64,000 nucleotides of DNA from Podarcis melisellensis (Eukaryota). The stretch lies in the NCBI GenBank assembly GCA_964234715.1, contig OZ174286.1, one strand, 5' to 3'. The notes under the pieces are model-generated. The model worked only from the letters and a program-made list of their open reading frames with translations. It was not told the origin of the DNA and did not search any database. The translations under genes and the position numbers were made by a program. Every line of letters starts with the position of its first letter. The stretch's first letter is position 1. Positions 24,301 through 33,972 of the stretch are shown piece by piece.

Positions 24301-26164
24301 ACCCCTCTGAACATACATACATTTGGAGATATCAGCAGTCACTGCACTAATTATCCATACAGATTCACCCTAGAAATTAAGAAAGTGGTTGTATAAACCA
24401 ATCTTTTAGTCTCTGTCCTAATAATAATAACAATAATAAAAGCTCCATATCATGCTTTTGGAATAGAGCAGGCTTGGGTCCTGAAGGAGCCTTCTTGAGC
24501 AATAAATGGAACTCCAGCCAAAAGCAGGAGAGGCAGGAAAGAAACCAAGTACCTATGTTTTGCTGTTACTGCTGTCATGACATGTATGTACAGTACATGC
24601 AAATACTGGCTGGTCCTCCCTTGGTTGCAATAAAAGCTTCTGCTCTGCCCAGGCCCACTTAGCTGCCTTATGCCAAGTCACACCACAGGTGTGGCTCTTG
24701 GGAATCTCAGATCGTGGTCCCATCTCCCAGCCCTTTCAATTGGATATGCCAGGGACTGAACCTGAAACCTCATGCTTGCAAATTCCATGTTCTGCTGCTG
24801 AGTTATGTCTCCCATCTACTGAGCTGTGGTCCCTCTACATAAAGAGCAATAGAGGAACTGAAATAAAGAGAGCTGATGTATGTATGTTAGTCTGTATTTT
24901 AAAAGGAATTGTTATGTACGTTTGTTTTTGCTGCCTTTTCCATGAAGGAGTTCAAGGTTATGACTTCTTTGGGTGTGCAGTATAATGAGCCATAATGACA
25001 AAATGCCGTTTTCCTTGGGGTTTGAGTTAATGGTATTGCTGATTGTTGGGAATGGTAATTAGGTTAATAGGACAGATATTCAAAGACTGTACATCACGGA
25101 AGCAGAGAGCAGTCCTTCTTATCCTTTTCATCTTAAAACATGCCCTCTTTGCCCAAAATTATTCTCAGCCTGTGTAACAGGAGCTCAGTCAGACAGCTTA
25201 GCAGTTTGTTGAACATTACCTAGTTTTAAAACAGTAAATAATTGGAAGATTAGAAAGCCTAGTTCTTTGGGCTGTGCTTTTATGAATATCTTTTAAATCT
25301 CAAAGAACCATGGAAACATATTCAGTTGCAGAAAAAGCTATATTGACAGAAAAAATATAAATAGATCTTTAAAGGTAATACACCTAAAAACAAATGAGAA
25401 AACAGAGATGTTTCAGAATTGGAGGAGTATCACTTTGGTAGGCTACAGCACATATTCTAAGCACCTGGTGTGCAGGAGCAGATATGAGCTCTTGCAGGCA
25501 TCAATAGCTTTGAAGGCAAGTGTGTGTGTGTTGTGCAAAAATAGCATGAAAAGATTCCTGTAAATGGCATGAGCTTGCAGCGCACCCAGGAGTTGCAGAT
25601 CAAAACCAAGAAAATATGGATAGATGCTGTATTTGTAATCTCTACGATTAGTGAATGACTAGAGAATTTCTGATTATGGAGGGCAATGGTCAGGGTAGGA
25701 GTCAAGACATAGACCAACCTTCCACAACCTGGTGCCCTCTAGATGTTTCTGAGCTACAACACTTACCATTGCTGAACACTGGGCATGCAACCTGGGGCCA
25801 TTGGATACTAACAGCATCTGGAGTGCACATCAGGGGAAGGCTGGTCCAGACTGAGAATAATAATAGTAATAAACTGCAGCCAGAAGAACAAAAGAGAGTT
25901 TGTGAGATTAATATATTTTCCACAGCACAGGCATGAACTCCCACACTAATAAACCAAGGACCAGAAGAACCAATGAGGATATGGCATAATATGTTGTATT
26001 GATCATCAAGGATGATAAGCCGATGCCATGGGCTGTCCAAGTACTTTTTAGCTAAGGCACTGATGCTTCCAGTAAGGGGGGGACTGCCTGTATGCCGTAG
26101 TATAACTTGATTAATAACAGAGTATTCCACACCTTTGTTAAACATAATGTTGTCGATGCTACAG

Positions 26165-26256
26165 TTTTCAGAAAGAGTTTTCATTTGAGGATAAAGAAGA
26201 GCTTGCAAACAGCACTAAGGATATCGATGCCAACCTTTTAGCAGTGCTGCCAAAAG
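26165..26256 (+). CDS. SVIL: Upstream exon C, 92 nt (SFQKEFSFEDKEELANSTKDIDANLLAVLPK)
   Basis: Acceptor ctacag at 26164 (a second AG lies at 26171) and donor AAG|GTAGGT. Phase 2 to 1 restores the frame into exon D. Confidence 0.72.
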
Positions 26257-26964
26257 GTAGGTACAGAATTGTGTTTTCTTGTATAGTGGCTTTTTAGAAC
26301 GTCGCTTTGAAAGATTGCCATAGACATGCTTCCTTTGTAAACAACCTTTTGCCCCATTTCTGAAAGAGCCATGCTGAAAGCAGAGGGTTTGTTCTGGGAT
26401 AATAGTTCTACTCCTTGCAAAATTCTGACATGCCAACAATGAACCTTCAACTTTTATCTTGGTGTGCGAAATCTCCCAGCAATGGTCATTCACCTCCCTC
26501 TTCCCTCAAAAAGGAACGGGGAACATGAAGTTCAGTACCATCCCCAGGTCTTGTAGGGTCCTGAGGCAAGATGCCCTTAGCGGGCCTCCCTCCTTGTTGT
26601 GGGCATTATGGCCTCCATACCTAACTGCCTTTACCTAGAATAAACTCTTATCATTCACACACTTGCCTAATGGAAGACTCCAAAGAAAAAACTGTTCATT
26701 TTAGACTGGACAGAGGACTGCAAGCACAGAGCAGCTGCACTAGGAGAGCTCTTGCAGAGGAGTAACTCCGGGTAATACTAAATGAGCTGCATACTGCAGA
26801 AGGCAGCGACCATTCCCCAAGGCTCTCTGTTTAAGTCTTCTGTTTAAGTCTCTTTTCTGACCCCATTGTCCTTGCCCCAGGGCTCATCCATTCTATCACA
26901 AAACTTCCCCACTCTCTCCAAGTCCCTTCCAATCCTATGTTATTTCCAATATCATCCCCATGCG

Positions 26965-27098
26965 CAGTGTTCTTCAACCTTGGGTCCACATGTTGTTGGT
27001 CTACAACTCCCACCATCCCTGACCATTGGCTAAGATAGCTGGAAATGATGGGAGTTGTAGTCAAACAACTTCTGGGGACCCAAGCTGGAAGAACACTG
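26965..27098. mobile_element. Palindromic hAT-like MITE; related decayed copies at about 25700-25835, 28135-28330, 52600-52705, 55260-55410, 56020-56150, 62465-62600 and 63590-63700
   Basis: TIR cagtgttctt...aagaacactg; internal tacaactccca/tgggagttgtagt inverted core. Confidence 0.75.
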
Positions 27099-29570
27099 CC
27101 CTAGCATCATGAAATAGTTCCAAAGTGGTGCACAGAGAAATCAGTACATTTGCTTACATGAAATTGATCTGGGAATTAGGTATTGTTTTTATTTTTAAAA
27201 TGGCGATGCAAAATTCTCGAAGTCTTGATTTGGACACGCCTGTGTCTTCCCCTTGTGATAAAAACTGCAAAAGGCTTTCAATTTTGCTCTTAAAATAGAC
27301 TGTGCATTACTGTCACATGGCTAGTATCTAACTGGATCCTTTATCCTGCCTGAGAGAGTTCTTGCCATAATGTGGGACATTTGTTAGTGTGATAGGGAAG
27401 ACTGTTCCTTCCTGAAATTTAAAGCTGTTTGACACACAGAAAATATAATTGGAGAGACAAAGATATTTCTTCCTTTGCTTGTTTTTAAATTGCCATAGGA
27501 GTATATCTTAAGACACTCTTGGCAGATGCATATTTAACCTGCTAAAATGTAACTGGTGCCTTGTGTAAAAACACCCCCCCAACCATATATAGCTTTCAAA
27601 ACTAAGATTTATAAACTAAGATTTATAATCTTTTGCAAAATAACCCAGTTTTAAGTGCCCTGTGCAACATTTAAAAATAGATTCTAAAGTCTGTGATTCC
27701 TCTTATGGGAGAAGGGTTGTCACTTACATGATCTGTATAAAATCCTTGGGACTAAGTGACTTAAAGCAAAGCTGGTTGCAAATGCATGTCGGATCACTCA
27801 TCTTTAAAATGCTACTTTCTCTCTTGTAAGTGTTCTGCACCTCTCAGCTGTGCTGAGATAACTTGTGCAGCCCAGCTGTATCCTCCAATGGTCAAAAGTT
27901 TATGCTGATGTTCAGTCTGGCCCAGCACGTCTGTGTGAAATTGTATACTTCTCAATGGGATTGTGAAAAGAGTGAGCATGCAGGTGTCTTGCACTGATGA
28001 TACATGCATTACAGGACGTATATGAAAAGCAAAATTTAACTGACCATTTCCCCCTGCCCCCAGGGATTTACTAGTATCTGGGGGAGGGATACTTTTAAAC
28101 CTAGGTGAATGTGAATTTTACTTCTATACAGCATATAGGATGGGGTGGAAGCGAACCTGTGGCCCTCCAGATATTGTTGGACACTTCAGCACCCGCCCCT
28201 CCCAGATTTGTGTCCCTTTTGTAGGAAATGTGTACTTTTTGTGCATTCTGCAATTTCCCGGTCAAAGGTCAGGGATTGTAGGGAGTGGTAGACCATCAAC
28301 ATCTGCATGGCCCCAGGTTCCCCCACTTCTGATCTAGAGGAACTTCATGTTAGCAGGGCTACCTGTCAGGTCACTTTAAAGGGGGGTGGGGACAAAGTTG
28401 CCTCAGGAGAGCCTCCAGTCATGTGTTAACCTATGTAATTGATATAACTGTCTGGAATCTCAAGTGTGGAAAAAGTGTGATGCTGCACAGGCTAGGTCTG
28501 TGCTATTTTTATCTCGGGTCTAGCTTGAGAAGGTGTTGGGGAGATACTCCACAAGCCCATAGCTTTCACTTAGGCCTGCAAAACAGCAGCACAACCCAGG
28601 ATGCTGCTGACACCTGAGGAAGACCATTGCATCAATTACAGAGTTGAGATTGCAGGGTTTTAACCTCTCAGCTGGCTATTAACCTGGGATACGGACCATC
28701 CAGCACTGCACTGTGGGAAAGGAGAGAATCCTATTTGGTTTCCTTCACCTTCCCTCCCCTGCAAGGCTTGAACGGGACTACGGTACAAATCTCCTGTTCC
28801 AAGCTGCCTGGGGGCCTGAACAGGAACATTTATTATGGAGTGTGGAGGCATTTTGCTGCAGGTCTCACTTGCAAATAAACTCTTCAGGGTTTTGCTTCAG
28901 CGAAGTGGTGACTTGCAGTTCATATGTTAACCACGGTGACGGTCCATTGATGGCAATAAAAAGAAGTTTATGCTCTTAGGCCTGCACCTAAATAAGAGTT
29001 GGCTATGCGTAGGTGTTATTTATGTGGTTTAGGTCCTCGGCTCTTAAACACGTACCTAAAAATTGTGGCCTGAAGGGAAATGACTGCATAACTCTCCAAA
29101 GGCCCCCTTAAAAACCTGTGCCGTAGTCAGCTTTAGAGTTGCCAAACATACAGTGCATTAGTGGTTCAAGCAGTAAAATTGTTCTGTCAATTAACCAGGG
29201 CTGGGGAGTGAAAAGTGAGTGAAAGCCATGCAGTTGGCTCCACTCATGACCCACAAGATTCCCCCTCCCCAAGCTCTGGTCTCAGTGTTCCTCCTGACTT
29301 GCCAGCTTCTGATTTTGCTCTGATCCTGTGGACTGCCTTCCGCAGCATTTTTCTCATCAGGATTTTGGATAGAGCCTGAATGAACATAGCTGTGCAAACC
29401 ATGGTGTCAAAAGCAGCTGCCACTTTGTATGTAAACTTCTGTTTCCTCTTGGGGTGTTGTTTGTTTTTATTTACACTGTAACCTAGAATACAGCTGCAAA
29501 CCACTCCATTAACAAAGTGCATAGTTTCAGATTTCTAATAAGTATTTTATGGGGTTTTGTTTTGCTTCAG

Positions 29571-29628
29571 TTTCCGAATTAAGAAAACTCTTTGAACCGA
29601 ACAGGCAGGATACCTTGGAAATGAAAAG
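29571..29628 (+). CDS. SVIL: Exon D containing the canonical start ATG 29621 (VSELRKLFEPNRQDTLE-MKR)
   Basis: Acceptor ttttgttttgcttcag, ATG AAA AG|GT, followed by a 96-nt intron. Confidence 0.92.
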
Positions 29629-29724
29629 GTAAATTCTAGATCTTCCTCTATATTTCTCCTTAGGATAGATTTCCAGTTCTTTGGGGGTATTTCTGGCATA
29701 ACCTCTTGCTTTCATCTTCCCCAG

Positions 29725-29876
29725 GAAAGAAAGGATAGCTAGGCGTTTAGAGGGAATTGAAAATGACACTCAGCCCGTCCTTTTGCAAAACTGTCCAGGA
29801 TTGGTTACCCATCGTTTGCTAGAAGAAGATACACCAAGATATATGCGTGCAACAGATCCATATAGTCCTCACTTCA
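29725..29876 (+). CDS. SVIL: SVIL exon, 152 nt ([50 protein letters not shown])
   Basis: Near-identical to the supervillin N-terminus; cccag acceptor and GTAAGA donor. Confidence 0.97.
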
Positions 29877-30067
29877 GTAAGAAACATATTTGTAATATTT
29901 GCTATTCTTAACCAAATATTGTAGCAGATTTGGGCTAGGTTCTATAGAATCCTTTATCCTGTATTTCCTTTATGTTTTAAAGGGCAACTGGTATAAAATA
30001 CCTAAAACATTTTTAGAGTCTTTATTCTATGGGAGTGTCTGCTAGCACATAGTAAAGCAGGTGGCTT

Positions 30068-30111
30068 TAAGAGGGGCTTAGTCAAATACTAAGAGGGGCT
30101 TAGTCAAATAC
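30068..30111. repeat. Exact 22-bp tandem duplication (taagaggggcttagtcaaatac x2)
   Basis: Seen directly. Confidence 0.95.
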
Positions 30112-30564
30112 TTGCCCGATCAACTATTATGTTCTTCTGTATTAGGTTTTTTGTTTTTAATTGCAGCTCATGCTTAGAAATAGCTAACCATAAGGATCCG
30201 TAGAATCGATGAATAGTGAGGATGCTCAGCTCCACGATGTATCTAGGATATTATCAGCCCAGGGCAGTCTATTTAAAAAGTAATATGGTTGAAATAAAAG
30301 ACACAGCTTATAAGCAATTCTACTGTATTTTGATAGGATGTAGAATAATGGGAGAAGTCCCCACAGCTTGGTTTGGAAATTGAAGGGTAACTTCAAATAT
30401 TTGTGGTAAACGCTCAAGAAGCAGGCAGCAGTTGCAAGTTTTAAAGTTTACTTCTAATTTTCATTGCTCTCTATTAAGGTTGTTTAACTGAATTGGACTT
30501 AAACTTCCTCTGTTTTTAGCCCCAAGTCCTGGACACCAACTGCTGTTTACAAAGAGATAAGCAA

Positions 30565-30842
30565 ATCATAGAAAGTTGGAAGGGACTCTGAGGACCATCT
30601 AGTCCAGGCACCCCCAAACTTGGCCCTCCAGCTGTTTTAGGACTACAACTCCCATCATCCCTAGCTAACAGGACCAGTGGTCAGGGATGATGGGAGCTGT
30701 AGTCCCAGAACAGCTGAAGGGCCAAGTTTGGGGATGCCTGATCTAGTCTAACTCCTTGCAGTGCAGGAATATATGTCTGTCCCAAGCAACCTTGGTGTTA
30801 TCAGAATGGTGTCACCATTCTCTAACCAACTGAGCTATCCAG
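30565..30842 (-). mobile_element. tRNA-head/CR1-tail SINE interrupted by a MITE; related copies at about 9527-9625, 46885-46995 and 62640-62705
   Basis: Minus-strand head ggatagctcagttggttagag and tail ...cccttccaactttctatgat. Confidence 0.7.
30605..30740. mobile_element. hAT-type MITE, 136 bp, same family as 21158-21293 in opposite orientation
   Basis: TIR caggcacccccaaactt/aagtttggggatgcctg; exact 8-bp TSD atctagtc at 30597-604 and 30741-48. Confidence 0.92.
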
Positions 30843-31281
30843 GGGATGCCCCTAAGGGGAATTTTTAAGGCTCAAGGGACTGATGGGCCAGCCCAGGGAT
30901 GCTTCTGAACCTTGGGACAGGGGCACAAATATGCACAGTCCCACCCAGGACATTTTTTAACCAAACTGTGGGGAGCTCCCTAACCCAAAACGTCATGAAC
31001 AGAGGCAAAGGCTATTTACAGGCTCTGCAAGACATCACCCTAGCCTATTTTTTCATTTTCTCTTTAGCAAACACTGAGACGGAATAGAAAGCCCAAAGAC
31101 TTGCCCGTAGATTCCTTAATGTCTGCTTCAAAATTGTAACTTGTGTTGAATACTAAGACATTTGGAAGGAAGTCATAGGGAAGTGGATGAGTGTCAGGAT
31201 AATACAACTTTGTAGGACTTCTTTAAAAAGAGAGAAATTGGGAAACCTTCTGCCTGTTAAAATTATTCTGTGTTGTTATAG

Positions 31282-31939
31282 GAAGATCAAATGAAGAAGA
31301 AACTTCAGATTCCTCAGTAGAGAATCAGCCTAGATCAAGATACCAAGCAGAATCCAGTGGAGGAAAAACAAAGCCACCTTCTTACAGCCCTTCAGTCATG
31401 GATTCCCAGGGACCCGAGTCCAAAGCAGAAAGGATAGCTAGGTACAAGGCGGAGAGACGGCGCCAGCTGGCTGAGAAATACGGACTTTCGATAGATTCGG
31501 ATGTGGACTCAGAATATTTATCCAAATACACCAGGGCAAGGAAAGATCAAGAAGTGGCTGAGAAGAGAGTACCAAAGAGTGAGAAAAATGAGGATGAAAG
31601 TAAAGATTATAGTTCCCTGTACTCAGTGAGAACAGAGACTAAGGAGATGAGGAATGCTTCTTTGGAGTCAAAGGAAAATTATGTGCTTGAGAGGGCAAGT
31701 TCTCCAGAAAGGGAAAAACTGCATTTGAATGAGGACAATGAGAGAGAAGCCCCAGAACCTAGTTGCAACAGACATGATCTACCCTCTGCATCAGAGAATT
31801 CCACATCCTTCTCATATATCGGCCATGACTCCTCCCTAAGTGAAGTGCCAAGTTCGCCAAAGCAAACTCGCAGGGTTTCCCTTTCTTCACCAAAGCAGCT
31901 AGCTTCACCAAGTCATTCCCTCAGCGACAGCAGATTAGG
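31282..31939 (+). CDS. SVIL: SVIL exon, 658 nt (RSNEEETSDSS...ESKAERIARYKAERRRQLAEKYG...SDSRLG)
   Basis: Contains ORF 31398-31943; ttatag acceptor, AGG|GTAAGT donor; phase 1 to 2. Confidence 0.96.
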
Positions 31940-32896
31940 GTAAGTGCGCTGTTCCTGTCGCTGTTTTGTAGAGTGTCAGCAACTGTTGGTATATATAGTA
32001 CCTGCTCTAAGGTCTTTGCATTGTCTTAATATTAGGTGACAATGGCAATAAGGGGAAAACTGGGTAGGAAGCAAGCGGTGTGAGTTAGTACAATGACACA
32101 TACAGTGCACTTCTAGTGTTGCAGGAATAAGAGCAGGATTGGATATAGGATTTTGGGAAGGGAAAATTAAGCAAGACAGATCTATGCACAGCATAGATTG
32201 TATGTTTGGAACAGCCTTTGAAAGAATGGTTGAAATCCAACGAGAAAACAGATGTTGTTGTACTGGTGTACAAACAGAGTTGCTAAAACTTTGAGGTCAG
32301 TGCAGAAATAGGGGACAGATTGAGGGAAATAATTCCGAAATCATTCTAGTCTTTAAAAAGGCAAATACCTTTACAAACAAACTTACCCATTTTGAGAGGA
32401 GGGAGAACAAATATTCTGCAGACCCTCCAGTTACCACGGATAAAACCCAATGTAAATTTCAGACAATCTACATATCAATTCGAAGTGAGTGAATGTGAAG
32501 GTTTCAGGTTGCATTTTTCTGTCAGCAAACAACATACCATCAAAAGCACATGATGCCCAAATAAGTACATGGACATCTCAAAAAAAAAAAAAATGACAGC
32601 CAAGTCCCCCTTTCTCCCTTCTCACTCACAGTAATATCAAGGGCAGCTAAACTGTGTTCTGGTGTTGCAGGTGTGTGTGTATCTCTGCCCCACGTAACTG
32701 GCTGCTTGTGGGGGTGTTTGGGATGTCTGAATGCAGGCACAACAACTCCTAGGAGCCAAAGAAGTCCGCCCCCCAATGTCTTTTTTTAGGGGCCCGAGCC
32801 CTCTCAATATTCAAGGAGCATTCAGAGAGATTATGGGACAGAGAACACAATAAAAACCCCACAGCTATCTGTCATGGCAAATATGTTGACTGATGG

Positions 32897-32900
<4 letters not shown>

Positions 32901-32950
<50 letters not shown>
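32901..32950. repeat. (GA)n microsatellite
   Basis: Seen directly. Confidence 0.97.
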
Positions 32951-32957
<7 letters not shown>

Positions 32958-33708
32958 TGAATGAGAAGAAGATTGCTGAGCACTTTAAACGCAAAGACAG
33001 ACTTTAATGGAAAAAGGGGAGGAGAAGGCCTGTGACTGGCAGCAGGTGAGCACAGTTACCAAACCCTCTCTGCTGAGCCACACTGGATGATAAAGGCTGC
33101 TGCTACAGCAGAGACAGGTTGCTTGAAGGCAGCTGCTGATTGCTTTACATGTGTATTAACAAACTTGGCTGATCAGGACCAACTACCACAAATGGTGCCC
33201 TTGTTACTCTGTAAACCAATGAGAAAAAGATCAATCCAAACTGAATATTGAGAAGGGAACAACCAAAGTAGCTCGCAGTGTCACACATTCAAATACATAG
33301 ACTTATTGGAAGGACGCTGTAACAAATTCTACATTGTAGAGATTATAATAAGGTCTGTCTCTCAACCCAACCTCCAATATATGTTCCTGCCCTAGATTCA
33401 AATGAAACCTGTCTCAGCCCACTAAATGAAAGCCCCCTTGGGAAGCTTTTTAAATACAAGGGAAGATTATGGCTGCATGAATAAAAATTAGTTTCAGTGT
33501 TGAGTTCTGCAATCTTCCCGATTCTATAGATTTTTAAAAATGTTGTTTTATAATACCACCTTTGCCATCAGCGGAAGAAATGCTATGTGTTTGCCCAGTT
33601 GAAGTGGATCATGTATTTCAGAATTCATCATGTTCAATAGGGACCTAAAACTGGCGGCAGACAAATGCAATCTTTTAAGTTCCCAACTTGTTCTGCAGTT
33701 GCCCAATA

Positions 33709-33972
33709 CAGTGGTACCTCTCAAGACGAAATTAATTCGTTCCACGAGTCTTTTCGTCTTGCGAGTCTTTTCGTCTTGCGAAGCACAGTCAAGTCGCAAC
33801 TGCACCTCTTCAAGCGGTTTTAAGAAAAAGGAAACAAACTCGCAATACGTTTTCGTCTTGCGAAGCAAGCCCATAGGGAAATTCGTCTTGCGAAGCAACT
33901 CAAAAAACGAAAAACTCTTTCGTCTTGCGAGTTTTTCGTCTTCCGAGGCATTCATCTTGCGAGGTACAACTG
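33709..33972. mobile_element. Tc1/mariner (Tigger-like) MITE with internal TTCGTCTTGCGA repeats
   Basis: TIR cagtggtacctc...gaggtacaactg flanked by TA. Confidence 0.88.

Noticed and set aside
25702-26208. 168-aa minus-strand ORF
   Set aside because: No recognisable domain, overlaps a decayed MITE and is antisense to exon C; consistent with chance.
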